Shown: positions 20,344 through 29,426 of the stretch, in pieces
Numbering within the stretch: the first letter of the stretch is position 1
How the letters are laid out: the number at the start of each line of letters is the position of its first letter
Assembly: GCA_964595305.1 (NCBI GenBank)
Contig: CAZQPW010000001.1
Coordinates: forward strand, 9,722 to 73,721
From: an uncultured Candidatus Saccharibacteria bacterium
Lineage (GTDB): Bacteria > Patescibacteriota > Minisyncoccia > Phycocordibacterales > Phycocordibacteraceae
Direction of reading: 5' to 3'
Length of the DNA stretch: 64,000 nt
The notes under the pieces: model-generated
Database searches by the model: none
Seen by the model: the letters and a program-made list of their open reading frames with translations, nothing else
What the model was told of the DNA's origin: nothing
Made by a program: the position numbers and the translations under genes

Positions 20344-20765
20344 TAGGGTGTAGGAAGTGTACAGGACGTCGACGATGCGAGCGAGGCAAGTGGCACTTCG
20401 CCAGTTGCGCGTGTGCCGTTTGCAAAGACCCACGTTGGGTAACCTTCTACGCCGGCATCTTTACAAATCTGGTTTACTTCTTTGCCATCCGGAGTCGAAC
20501 ACTCTACGTAGGGCAGTTTTTCTGCAGCGTCACCAAATAGCTCCTTTTGGGCCTTGCAGTGTGGGCACCAGAACGCGCCATAAAACTTCGCACCGCTCTT
20601 TGCAATGCACTCCGCAAGGTCTGTATACTTTCCTGCCGGGATTTCAGTAGTTGGGGCAGCTGCTTTTTGTGGCATGAAAACGAACAAGCCAATTGCGCCT
20701 GCTATAAGGATAACCACTGCACCGAGGATAAATTTTTGTTCCATATATGCTATTGTACCAAGCAT
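20343..20765 (-). CDS. Membrane-anchored thioredoxin-fold protein (DsbA/BdbD-like partner of DsbB)
   Basis: TM anchor. 'WCPHC' active site. Translationally coupled to the DsbB gene. Start uncertain (ORF open to 20798). Confidence 0.7.
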   Translation of the reverse strand: MLGTIAYMEQKFILGAVVILIAGAIGLFVFMPQKAAAPTTEIPAGKYTDLAECIAKSGAKFYGAFWCPHCKAQKELFGDAAEKLPYVECSTPDGKEVNQICKDAGVEGYPTWVFANGTRATGEVPLASLASSTSCTLPTP

Positions 20766-20766
20766 A

Positions 20767-21714
20767 ATGAGCTTTTGGAAGTCTCTAGATACACCCATAT
20801 TGGCGTTGGCTCCAATGGCCGATGTAACCGATCCTGCATACCGCAGGCTTATTGCAGAGTTTGCACGAACACCATATGTAACGTGGACTGAATTTGTCTC
20901 GGCAGACGGGCTAGCCCGTGCACCAGAAGTAGGGAGGAAAAAACTTTTAGCAGACCTTCAGTTTTCTGAAAAGGAACACCCAATCGTAGCTCAATTTTTC
21001 ACTTCGATACCAGAACACATGGAGGCAGCAGCAGCGCTCGCTCGAGAGCTTGGTTTCGACGGGGTTGACATCAACATGGGGTGTCCCGACAAAAGTATCG
21101 AGAAACAGGGTGCTGGTGCTGCGCTAATTCGCACCCCAGAGAGGGCGCAAGAACTCGTTGCTGCCGCAAAGGCAGGTGCGAAGGGGTTGCCCGTTTCAGT
21201 AAAAACTCGTTTAGGGTATAACACCGACGAGCTTGAGCGCTGGCTTCCTCAACTACTTGCAGCAGGACCTGCCGTAGTTACTATCCATGCGCGCACACGG
21301 AAAGAAATGTCACTCGTACCTGCACGTTGGGAGCGGGTGCAAAGGGCAGTTATGATTCGAGATGAAATGAACAGTGATACTCTCATTTTCGGTAATGGAG
21401 ATTTAAGAGACCTTGATGATGCAAAAAATAAGTGCGCCGAAACCGGTGCAGACGGAGCAATGCTTGGCAGAGCAATTTTTGGTAACCCATGGTTATTTGG
21501 CGAAGCCCCAAGTGTCGCTGAGCGCTTGACGGTGCTTGCACGCCATTGCGCGCTTTTTGAAGAACTGCTACCACACAAAAGTTTCTCTATAATGAAAAAG
21601 CATTTTAAGTCGTATACTTCGGGGCTCGACGGTGCAGCCGAATTGCGAAGCAAGTTAATGCATGCTGAAAATGCTGCAGCCGTTGCTGCTATACTAAAAA
21701 CATATGTCGCATAG
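20767..21714 (+). CDS. dus: tRNA-dihydrouridine synthase
   Basis: 'LAPMADVTD', 'NMGCP' and 'K..LG' Dus motifs. The longer ORF from 20605 overlaps the divergent gene and is unlikely. Confidence 0.85.
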   Translation: MSFWKSLDTPILALAPMADVTDPAYRRLIAEFARTPYVTWTEFVSADGLARAPEVGRKKLLADLQFSEKEHPIVAQFFTSIPEHMEAAAALARELGFDGVDINMGCPDKSIEKQGAGAALIRTPERAQELVAAAKAGAKGLPVSVKTRLGYNTDELERWLPQLLAAGPAVVTIHARTRKEMSLVPARWERVQRAVMIRDEMNSDTLIFGNGDLRDLDDAKNKCAETGADGAMLGRAIFGNPWLFGEAPSVAERLTVLARHCALFEELLPHKSFSIMKKHFKSYTSGLDGAAELRSKLMHAENAAAVAAILKTYVA

Positions 21715-22732
21715 CGCTTTGTATAGAACATATAGACCGCAAAAGTTTTCTGAAGTGGTTGGCCAGGATGACGTTGTTGCTGCATTGAGTGGTGCACTAA
21801 AAGACGAAGAGCCAAGCCACGCGTATCTTTTTTACGGCACACGCGGAACTGGGAAAACGAGCGTGGCACGCATTTTCGCTAGCGAACTTGGTGCAAAGGA
21901 GGAGGATATCCACGAGATAGATGCAGCTTCCTATACAGGTGTAGATAATATTCGCGCGCTTCGTGAAGAGGCGGCAGTAATGCCGTTCGCAAGCGAGCGT
22001 AAGGTGTACATTGTTGATGAAGTGCACATGCTCTCACGCTCGGCATTCAATGCATTTTTAAAACTTCTCGAAGAGCCACCAGCACACGTTGTGTTCATCC
22101 TTGCTACTACCGAACTTGAGAAGGTTCCGGACACAATTCTATCTCGCTGCCAAGTTTTTACTTTCCGTCAGCCTACGGTGTCTGCCTTAGTTACTGTAAT
22201 TTCTCGTGTGGCGAAAGCCGAAAAGTATGAGCTCCAAAAGGGAGCTGCTGAGCTCGTAGCATTGGTTGCGCGCGGATCGTTTCGTGATGCACTTTCACAT
22301 TTGCAAAAAGTATTTTCAACCAGCGATAAAAAAGTAACCGAAGATGATGTGGCACGTATACTCGGTGCTCCTCGTTTTACTACTGTTGCTGCAATCCTTA
22401 ATTCATTTCATACGGGCGAGCCTAAGGAGGGGCTCGCTGCTCTACAGACAGCAGCAAAAGAATCAATCTCAATGGATGTATTATGCGAGCTTATTTTGGA
22501 CCGAATGCGTACGGTGCTTTTGCTCCGTTATGCTCCAGAGGTTGGCAAAGAGGCAATGAAAGACTACTCCGACGTTGAGCAAGAGTTTGTTACCACTCAT
22601 GCAAAAGATCCGCAAAGCCACATCAATTCTGAGACCCTGCGCGCATGTATAGAGGCAAGTGTTGATTCAAAACGTTCACCTATAGCTGAGCTGCCATTAG
22701 AGTTGGCGTTGATCGAGGCGACAAAGAAATAA
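21704..22732 (+). CDS. dnaX: DNA polymerase III subunit gamma/tau (short form, domains I-III only)
   Basis: Walker A 'GTRGTGKTS', 'YIVDEVHML', SRC motif 'LSRCQVFTF'. Confidence 0.85.
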   Translation: MSHSALYRTYRPQKFSEVVGQDDVVAALSGALKDEEPSHAYLFYGTRGTGKTSVARIFASELGAKEEDIHEIDAASYTGVDNIRALREEAAVMPFASERKVYIVDEVHMLSRSAFNAFLKLLEEPPAHVVFILATTELEKVPDTILSRCQVFTFRQPTVSALVTVISRVAKAEKYELQKGAAELVALVARGSFRDALSHLQKVFSTSDKKVTEDDVARILGAPRFTTVAAILNSFHTGEPKEGLAALQTAAKESISMDVLCELILDRMRTVLLLRYAPEVGKEAMKDYSDVEQEFVTTHAKDPQSHINSETLRACIEASVDSKRSPIAELPLELALIEATKK

Positions 22733-22737
22733 TAAGG

Positions 22738-22772
22738 TAACAAAACAGCCCCGTTCGGGGCTGTTTTGTTTG
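22738..22772. terminator. Bidirectional rho-independent terminator
   Basis: 'AAAACAGCCCCG-TT-CGGGGCTGTTTT' perfect hairpin with flanking A and T tracts between convergent dnaX and doxX. Confidence 0.85.
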
Positions 22773-22783
22773 CGTGGCGAGGA

Positions 22784-23230
22784 TTACATCATCCCACCTT
22801 TCTTCATTTTTTTGTCGAGGGAAAGCTCGCCCCCGCCAGTCATGATGAGGGAAAGTCCAACGAGCGCCCACAATATATTGTATTCGTAACCATACGTAGC
22901 TCCTGAGATATAAAACCCACTCGCCATATGAACGGTGACAAATGCAACTATGCCGACGATAACGACAAACTTTGATGCCCAGTGCACACAAAGTCCAATG
23001 ATAAGCAGGATACCTGCAAGTAGTTCGCCGTACGAAAGTATATATGCCATAACTTCGGGAGCAGGGATGTGTAGTGACCCCAAGAACCCTGTGACCCCCT
23101 GGATGCCGAGCACGGTTATCTTCTGCCAACCATGCATAAGGAATATAACACCAAGCCATACTCGCAAAATTGTTGGAGCGTAGCTCGCATATTTATCAAG
23201 GCACATACATTTATTAAGTTTGTCCATCAT
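22784..23230 (-). CDS. DoxX-family membrane protein
   Basis: 'YAPTILRVWLGVIFLMHGWQK' and four TM helices. Confidence 0.75.
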   Translation of the reverse strand: MMDKLNKCMCLDKYASYAPTILRVWLGVIFLMHGWQKITVLGIQGVTGFLGSLHIPAPEVMAYILSYGELLAGILLIIGLCVHWASKFVVIVGIVAFVTVHMASGFYISGATYGYEYNILWALVGLSLIMTGGGELSLDKKMKKGGMM

Positions 23231-23306
23231 AGATATTAAAATACTAATTAGTAATACTACACAGTATATACCTTTTTATTCGTTTTGTGGTAAAGTTAGC
23301 ATAAAT

Positions 23307-23377
23307 TCCGGGTTCGTTTAACGGTAGGAAAGCGGCGTTTGTAGCCTTTAATTGGGGTTCGAGTCCCTGGCCCGGAA
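23307..23377 (+). tRNA. tRNA-like gene (good acceptor stem and T-arm; D and anticodon arms non-canonical, anticodon not assignable by eye)
   Basis: 5' 'TCCGGGT' pairs with 3' 'GCCCGGA'. T-loop 'TTCGAGT' with stem TGGGG/CCCTG. D-loop carries 'AACGGTA'. The reverse complement is not tRNA-like. Confidence 0.4.
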
Positions 23378-23513
23378 CTAGAAACTGCTAGCGCGTGCTG
23401 CGAAGCAGTATGCGCGCCCAGTTTCTTTTCGGACAGGGACGAGAAAGCCGGAGCGCAATGAGCGTAGCGAAGCGCGAGGCGGGGTCGCGACCGAACGCAG
23501 TGAGAGTTGTGAC

Positions 23514-23530
23514 CGAGTCCCTGGCCCGGA
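23514..23530 (+). repeat. 17-nt direct repeat of the tRNA-like 3' end ('CGAGTCCCTGGCCCGGA')
   Basis: Exact copy of 23360-23376, 137 nt downstream of the tRNA-like 3' end. The spacer carries two 'GCGAAGC' mini-hairpin motifs (23400-23406, 23467-23473) and a GCGCG...CGCGC hairpin. Confidence 0.8.
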
Positions 23531-23551
23531 GCAGACAAATCTGGTGGAAAT

Positions 23552-23601
23552 GACCCATTCCCGTCCAAAATTGATACTAAAACGAACTCAAAAACCTCTG
23601 G
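23552..23601 (+). repeat. Imperfect direct repeat A (~50 bp, ~80% identical to 24020-24070)
   Basis: 'GACCCATTCCCGTCCAAAATTGATACTAAAACGAACTCAAAAACCTCTGG' versus 'GACCCATCTCCGTCCAAAATTTCTACTCAAAGTCGCTCAAAACCCTTATGG'. Confidence 0.7.
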
Positions 23602-23644
23602 AATGCGAGGTGTAAAAAAATCAATCTAGTCGTATACTTGCAGA

Positions 23645-23983
23645 ATGTGGATTAGCAGCCCTTATCTGTTTTATGGCGTAGTGCTCTCGCTCCCATTTGC
23701 GATCGCGAACGCGCTTGTCGTGCTGAAATCGGAACTTTTCCTTTCTCTCTTACGCCCCTTCGGGACAACGACGGGATACGAGCAGGTACTCGTCCTCACC
23801 CTTATCACACTTGTCGGTGTCGGCGGCTTGGTAACATTAGTGCCGCTTTTGAGAGAAAAAAAGTTATATGTGGTAAATGCGATTATAGGAGTCGGATTTA
23901 TCATCTTCGCCCTCTTTGCCGGATATGGGCTCGGCGTCGACGTGTACCACTGCGACATCCTCAAAATTCCGAATTGCGATTAA
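23645..23983 (+). CDS. Small membrane protein (3 TM), hypothetical
   Basis: 112-aa hydrophobic ORF bracketed by the 50-bp imperfect direct repeats. Confidence 0.4.
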   Translation: MWISSPYLFYGVVLSLPFAIANALVVLKSELFLSLLRPFGTTTGYEQVLVLTLITLVGVGGLVTLVPLLREKKLYVVNAIIGVGFIIFALFAGYGLGVDVYHCDILKIPNCD

Positions 23984-24019
23984 TCAGTGGGTAGAGCAGA
24001 AACTTGATCGGAATCAATC

Positions 24020-24070
24020 GACCCATCTCCGTCCAAAATTTCTACTCAAAGTCGCTCAAAACCCTTATGG
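24020..24070 (+). repeat. Imperfect direct repeat B (partner of 23552-23601)
   Basis: See repeat A. Confidence 0.7.
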
Positions 24071-24145
24071 GGCTTGGTGGCCCGGGGTTCACGACCTCTA
24101 TGGGGAACTCGTTGACAGTCTGTTTATAGATAGTAATATTCATAC

Positions 24146-24385
24146 ATGACACGAGAAAATATTCGTTTTGAGCAAGCGGTTTCATTAATTGTTCAGGCAT
24201 GCGACAAAAGTCTACCTGATCGATTCCGGCAGCGTGGGCAGAAGTGGGGTGAGGCTGTGTTTAAAGCCCTAAATCCCGGAGTACGCATAGAAGCGATGAG
24301 GGAGGCTAACAACCGCCTTGAATTGAAAGAGAAAAAACGTAGAGAAAATTTTGAAGAGTTTTATCAAGTGGACATCGGCATATGA
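24146..24385 (+). CDS. Hypothetical protein
   Basis: 79-aa ORF. Its end overlaps the start of the next gene (24382). Confidence 0.35.
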   Translation: MTRENIRFEQAVSLIVQACDKSLPDRFRQRGQKWGEAVFKALNPGVRIEAMREANNRLELKEKKRRENFEEFYQVDIGI

Positions 24386-24705
24386 GCCTCGATCAGTTGA
24401 TTGAGTTCATAGTTAAGAACTATCAGTTTAACCCAACGAGATATCCTGACCTCGCAAATGGCACCGAGGCAATGAAAAAGCTTTTTCCAATAAATCACCT
24501 CGGTTTACACTTTACCGAGCAGGCAGGAAAAATTGCTGGACTACTTGAGGATGCTGGTCACGAAGGGAAGTCGCTGAACATGGACGGTCTTAAGGAGCAA
24601 GTTTATAAATCACTCATCAACACGCTCCGCCTCGCCGAACTTGTTGGCATGACTGGCATTGAGCTAGAAGAAATGGTAAAGAAAAAGTATTCAGAGCCAA
24701 GCTAG
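24382..24705 (+). CDS. MazG-like nucleotide pyrophosphohydrolase domain protein
   Basis: Small all-alpha protein. 'HFTEQAGKIAGLLEDAGHEGK' resembles the MazG EExxE/ExxD metal-binding helix. Confidence 0.4.
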   Translation: MSLDQLIEFIVKNYQFNPTRYPDLANGTEAMKKLFPINHLGLHFTEQAGKIAGLLEDAGHEGKSLNMDGLKEQVYKSLINTLRLAELVGMTGIELEEMVKKKYSEPS

Positions 24706-24709
24706 AGTT

Positions 24710-25135
24710 ATGGAGAGACCAAAGGTGGGGATAGGTGTGCAAGTTTACAAAGACGGAAAGCTCCTTCTTGGCAAACGAAAGGGCACTGGGTTTGGAGACG
24801 GCTTTTACTCCACACCAGGTGGGCATTTAGAAAATGGCGAAACATTTGAGCAGTGTGCTCGCCGCGAAGTGCGCGAAGAGGCGGGGATAGAAATTAAAAA
24901 TATCAAAATTATTTCGCTTGCGAACCTGTTCTCATCAAAAGCTCACTACGTAGATATCGGTATACACGCAGACTGGAAGTCTGGAACACCTACCGTGCTC
25001 GAGCCGGAAAAGTGTGAAGGGTGGGATTGGTACGACTTAAGAAAGTTGCCCAGACCGCTTATCGAGGGCGACAAGATGTACCTAAATGCAATTAGGACAG
25101 GCAAATGGTATGCAGGCACTAAGAGTGTAAAATAG
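24710..25135 (+). CDS. NUDIX hydrolase
   Basis: Nudix box 'GGHLENGETFEQCARREVREEAGIEI'. Confidence 0.85.
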   Translation: MERPKVGIGVQVYKDGKLLLGKRKGTGFGDGFYSTPGGHLENGETFEQCARREVREEAGIEIKNIKIISLANLFSSKAHYVDIGIHADWKSGTPTVLEPEKCEGWDWYDLRKLPRPLIEGDKMYLNAIRTGKWYAGTKSVK

Positions 25136-25137
25136 GT

Positions 25138-25605
25138 ATGAAGAAAGAGGTTGTGTCAGCTGAACATTTTGCAATATACTTTTCACCTCATTCTGCTCAC
25201 GCGATTGTGTTTGAGGGTAAAACCTACCCTACCGTAGAGCATCTCTACCAGTGCATGAAGTTCAAAGACAGCGATGAGGTTCAACTAGAAATTCGCAGAC
25301 AGCTCAGTCCGATATTGGCTTGGGAAGTTTCGCAAAGAAATAAGAAAAAACAGCATACGTGGTTTAGACATGAGGGATACAAGCTGCGCGTGATGAAAAG
25401 TTTGTTGAGAATGAAGGTGGCACAACATGCAGATGTTAAAAAGGCCCTCCTCGCCTCAAAAGAGAAAGAGATAGTGAAGCATATAACCACATACCCACCT
25501 GGAGACGGCTTTTGGGACGACGGTGAGTCGGGGGAAGGGTTTAATAATATGGGAAAGTTGTGGATGGAAGTACGAGAAGAGATTCTTACGATGGGAATTA
25601 AATAG
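25138..25605 (+). CDS. NADAR/YbiA-family (DUF1768) protein
   Basis: 'FSPHSAHAIVFEGKTYPTVEHLYQCMKF' matches the YbiA/NADAR N-terminal signature. C-terminal 'GDGFWDDG...NNMGKLWMEVR'. Confidence 0.7.
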   Translation: MKKEVVSAEHFAIYFSPHSAHAIVFEGKTYPTVEHLYQCMKFKDSDEVQLEIRRQLSPILAWEVSQRNKKKQHTWFRHEGYKLRVMKSLLRMKVAQHADVKKALLASKEKEIVKHITTYPPGDGFWDDGESGEGFNNMGKLWMEVREEILTMGIK

Positions 25606-25607
25606 GT

Positions 25608-26021
25608 ATGAATGAAGGCAAGAGCAAACATTTTGTAGGAGAGGTCGCGCAGAAAGCAATAGTAGAAAGCCGCGGTAAAATTTTAGTCAATAAAGGAAAG
25701 AATGATGTAATATGGGAGTTCCCAGGTGGGCGTTTGCATGATGGAGAGACTCCGGAAGAGGGGATGCGTAGAGAGTTGAGAGAAGAGTTTGGGCTCGACG
25801 TGTTTAACTTAAGACCATTTAAAGCGGTGCGATCCCTACACACTAAGTCGGGCACGTATCGAGTGCTCATCGTATATACTGCAAATTCAGCTGAGCCAAG
25901 CGCAACTCACAACGAAAATGAACTCGACGACTCAAAGTGGATTACTGCTAGCGAACTTAAGCCTCTCCCCATGTACGAAGATTGCGAAGAGGTGAAGCGA
26001 GATTATTTAAAATCGAAATAA
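25608..26021 (+). CDS. NUDIX hydrolase
   Basis: Nudix box 'GGRLHDGETPEEGMRRELREEFGLDV'. Confidence 0.85.
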   Translation: MNEGKSKHFVGEVAQKAIVESRGKILVNKGKNDVIWEFPGGRLHDGETPEEGMRRELREEFGLDVFNLRPFKAVRSLHTKSGTYRVLIVYTANSAEPSATHNENELDDSKWITASELKPLPMYEDCEEVKRDYLKSK

Positions 26022-26029
26022 ATTAGGCT

Positions 26030-26809
26030 TTGTGCTATAGTCAATTTATGGCTGCAGAGCAGGCTGGCATTCATATTTCTTTAGCACCGTACCACTTGGG
26101 AGAGGTTTGGGGGTTACCTATCACCGCGTCGCTCACCACTGCGTGGCTAGCCGCGGGCCTCATTATTATTTTCGCGCTTTTGTTTCGAAGGGGAATTAAA
26201 GAAGTTCCGGGCAGGCTCCAAAGTGTGGTTGAAGTGGCAGTCCTCGGTGTCTATGACTACGTTAAGGGTGTACTCGAGGATGAAGTTTTGGCGCGCAGGT
26301 ATTTCCCACTCATAATGTCTATTTTCCTATTCATAGCAGTTGGTAATTTGTTGGGGCTATTGCCGTTTGTGGGTGGCTCTATAGGTTTTGAGGACCCAAC
26401 TGGTGAGCATCATGGCTTAATCCCATTGTTTTATCCTATAAACACTGACCTAAACTTAACGCTCGCGATGGCCATAGTCGCTTTTATCGCGATTGAGTTT
26501 GCAGGCATTGCCGCACTTGGTGTGTTGAAGTATGCCTCAAAATTTGTTAATCTACACTCAGCTCTCGGCTTTATCGTCGGGATCATAGAGTTGGTTAGCG
26601 AGGTTGCACGACTCATCACATTTTCGTTTCGCCTTTTCGGCAATATCTTCGCGGGCAAAGTACTAATCTTGGTAGCAATGTTCTTCCTACCATATATCTT
26701 GCCTGTGCCGCTGTTGCTGTATGAGGTGCTCGTAGGTGTGATTCAGGGCGCTGTCTTTGCTCTCCTCACGCTCTTCTTTATTAAAATCGCGGTTACAGAA
26801 CCGCACTAA
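26030..26809 (+). CDS. atpB: F0F1 ATP synthase subunit a
   Basis: Polytopic. Conserved 'SFRLFGNIFAG' (essential Arg) region. First gene of the atp operon. The start may instead be the Met at 26048. Confidence 0.85.
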   Translation: MCYSQFMAAEQAGIHISLAPYHLGEVWGLPITASLTTAWLAAGLIIIFALLFRRGIKEVPGRLQSVVEVAVLGVYDYVKGVLEDEVLARRYFPLIMSIFLFIAVGNLLGLLPFVGGSIGFEDPTGEHHGLIPLFYPINTDLNLTLAMAIVAFIAIEFAGIAALGVLKYASKFVNLHSALGFIVGIIELVSEVARLITFSFRLFGNIFAGKVLILVAMFFLPYILPVPLLLYEVLVGVIQGAVFALLTLFFIKIAVTEPH

Positions 26810-27049
<240 letters not shown>

Positions 27050-27060
27050 TACTCAGGTTC

Positions 27061-27507
27061 ATGGAAGCATTAATCGGCACATTCGGAATAGATTGGCATT
27101 TGATCGTTGTTCAGATGGTCAACTTTGTGTTGGTTGTTGTTGTCCTTACTTATTTCCTTTATCGGCCACTTATACGTGCAGTTGATGCACGTACTAAAAA
27201 AATCGCTGCGGGTATCCGCGATGCTGAAGCGGCCCTTAAAACTAAGGAAGAAATCGAATCTACTCGTACAGGCATACTTGCAGAGGCGCATCATGCAGGG
27301 ACTCTTATTACTGCTCGAGCCGAAGAGCAGGCTCAAAAAGAGCGCTCGGAGCTTGTACATGCAGCTGAGGTACAGGCGCGGCACATACGTGATGATGCAG
27401 CGCGAGCAGCGGAAGAGGATGTTCGAAAATTGAAAGCTGCTGCAGAAACTGAGCTCGCAAAGTCTGCAGTACTTGCAGCTGAAAAAATATTAAGGACACG
27501 AGGATAA
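27061..27507 (+). CDS. atpF: F0F1 ATP synthase subunit b
   Basis: Single N-terminal TM then a long charged helix. Operon position. Confidence 0.8.
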   Translation: MEALIGTFGIDWHLIVVQMVNFVLVVVVLTYFLYRPLIRAVDARTKKIAAGIRDAEAALKTKEEIESTRTGILAEAHHAGTLITARAEEQAQKERSELVHAAEVQARHIRDDAARAAEEDVRKLKAAAETELAKSAVLAAEKILRTRG

Positions 27508-27508
27508 T

Positions 27509-27871
27509 ATGCGTACACTCGTTTCAGACTACAGCGCTCTTTTGAAAGGCACGTCAATACAAGCTGATGCGCTACTCGCGTACATGAAGAAACGAGGGCA
27601 CCTCTCGCTCCTCACACAAATCATAAAAGAGCTCGAGCGTGCCCCTGTAAAGAAAGATGCGGTGGTGAAAGTCGCAGCGGCGCACGATGCAGAAAGATAC
27701 GCTAAGCAAATCGCATCTCATTTGAGCGCCCACAATACAAACGACTATGCTGTTGAGGTTGATGAAAAAATAGTTGGCGGGTACGAAGTTTCTGTTGGCG
27801 AGACACTGTATGACAATACGTTTAGAAGCGCGCTCGTTTCAATTTATAAAAATGCAGTTTTACAAAAATAA
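27509..27871 (+). CDS. atpH: F0F1 ATP synthase subunit delta (short, ~120 aa)
   Basis: Operon position between b and alpha with an OSCP-like helical N-terminus. About 60 aa shorter than typical delta. Confidence 0.6.
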   Translation: MRTLVSDYSALLKGTSIQADALLAYMKKRGHLSLLTQIIKELERAPVKKDAVVKVAAAHDAERYAKQIASHLSAHNTNDYAVEVDEKIVGGYEVSVGETLYDNTFRSALVSIYKNAVLQK

Positions 27872-27874
27872 ATT

Positions 27875-29425
27875 ATGAACTCTGACATCATCCAAAGGCT
27901 GAAGAAAGAAATTGAGTCGCTCGGAACTGAGAGTGTACATTCGGGTACAGGCATCGTGCGCACGGTAGGCGACGGAATTGTCGAAATCGAAGGACTTTCG
28001 GGTGCCTCAATGTCAGAGATGATAGTTTTTGATGAATCGAGTGCACTTTCTCTTAAAGATGCACTCGAGAGGCCTGATGCGCTGTACGGGCTTATCCTAA
28101 ACCTTGAAGAGGCTGGTGTTAAGGCTATCGTGCTAGGCAATACTGCGCGGTTGGTTGAAGGTATGCGTGTATATGGTACAGGTAAGCTTCTCACTGTGCC
28201 TGTCGGAGAGGCGTTTGTTGGTCGTGTGGTTGATACACTTGGTAACCCCGTTGATGGCAAAGGAGCTATCAAATCGTCAGCCTCATATCCAGTTGAACGA
28301 GAAGCATATGGCGTTATTGATCGCTCTAGTGTTAATACTCCTCTCCACACAGGTATAAAGGCTATTGACTCGCTTATTCCCATTGGTCGTGGTCAACGAG
28401 AGCTTATCATTGGTGACCGCGGTACAGGTAAAACGGCTGTTGCCGTAGACGCAATTCTAAACCAATTAAACGAGCCTGAAGGTACACGTCCAATTTGCAT
28501 TTATGTTGCAATTGGTCAAAAAGAAAGTAAGACGGCTCGTATTGTTGGCTTGCTTACAGAGCGCGGTGCAATGGCGTACTCGATTGTGGTAACGGCTTCT
28601 GCGTCGGCACCCGCAGCCCTCCAGTTTCTTGCTCCTTATGCAGGAGTGGCAATGGCAGAATATTTTATGGAGAAAGGGAAGGACGTGCTCATAGTGTACG
28701 ATGATCTTTCAAAGCAAGCTGTTGCATACCGTCAACTTTCGCTTCTCTTGCGACGACCGCCGGGCCGCGAGGCATATCCAGGAGACATTTTCTACCTCCA
28801 CTCACGCCTCCTTGAGCGCGCAGCAAAACTAAGTAAGGAAAAGGGTGGAGGTTCTATCACCGCGCTACCAATCATCGAAACACAAGAGAACGATGTTTCG
28901 GCTTACATTCCAACAAACGTAATTTCGATTACTGATGGCCAAATGTTCCTTGAGTCAGATCTGTTTAACAAGGGAACTAGACCTGCAATCAACGTGGGTA
29001 TTTCTGTTTCTCGTGTTGGAGGTGCCGCACAAACAAAAGCTATGAAAAAAGTTGCTGGCCGCATTAAGTTGGACCTTGCACAGTTTCGTGAGCTCGAGGC
29101 GTTCATGCAGTTTTCGCAGGACCTTGACCCTGAAACTAAAAAGCGAATCGATTCCGGCAGAAGGCTCACCGCTATTCTCAATCAAGACAAGTACTCGCCA
29201 ATTCCGTTTGAGCGCCAGGTCGTTGCCATCTTTGCAGCAACCAATGGTTACTTTGATGCGTTTGATGCAGCAAGAATGCTAGAGCTGGAAAGGGGGCTTG
29301 TCTCCTACCTCGATCGCGAGGCGCCTAAAGTGCTCTCTATGATACGCGACGAGCGAGCAATCAGTGACGAGTGCGAAAAGGAACTTCGAGCCGCTATCCA
29401 AAGCTTTGTGGCGACAGTTAAATAA
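27875..29425 (+). CDS. atpA: F0F1 ATP synthase subunit alpha
   Basis: Walker A 'GDRGTGKTA' and conserved alpha motifs. Confidence 0.95.
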   Translation: MNSDIIQRLKKEIESLGTESVHSGTGIVRTVGDGIVEIEGLSGASMSEMIVFDESSALSLKDALERPDALYGLILNLEEAGVKAIVLGNTARLVEGMRVYGTGKLLTVPVGEAFVGRVVDTLGNPVDGKGAIKSSASYPVEREAYGVIDRSSVNTPLHTGIKAIDSLIPIGRGQRELIIGDRGTGKTAVAVDAILNQLNEPEGTRPICIYVAIGQKESKTARIVGLLTERGAMAYSIVVTASASAPAALQFLAPYAGVAMAEYFMEKGKDVLIVYDDLSKQAVAYRQLSLLLRRPPGREAYPGDIFYLHSRLLERAAKLSKEKGGGSITALPIIETQENDVSAYIPTNVISITDGQMFLESDLFNKGTRPAINVGISVSRVGGAAQTKAMKKVAGRIKLDLAQFRELEAFMQFSQDLDPETKKRIDSGRRLTAILNQDKYSPIPFERQVVAIFAATNGYFDAFDAARMLELERGLVSYLDREAPKVLSMIRDERAISDECEKELRAAIQSFVATVK

Positions 29426-29426
29426 C

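Noticed and set aside
20605-20766. Long N-terminal extension of dus (ORF from 20605)
   Set aside because: It would overlap the divergent thioredoxin gene by ~160 nt and add a non-conserved hydrophobic leader. The internal Met at 20767 gives the canonical Dus N-terminus.
23307-23530. The tRNA-like region as a tmRNA or a group I intron-containing tRNA
   Set aside because: There is no tmRNA 5' 'GGGG' acceptor partner and no tag-peptide reading frame. The region is too short for tmRNA or for a group I intron. The second copy of the 3' end lacks a T-arm, so it is a bare repeat rather than a second exon.
23296-23568. 90-aa minus-strand ORF overlapping the tRNA-like element and its spacer
   Set aside because: It lies over a structured, GC-rich RNA-like region. 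The protein is low-complexity (Pro/Ser/Arg-rich) with no start context. Almost certainly a spurious ORF.
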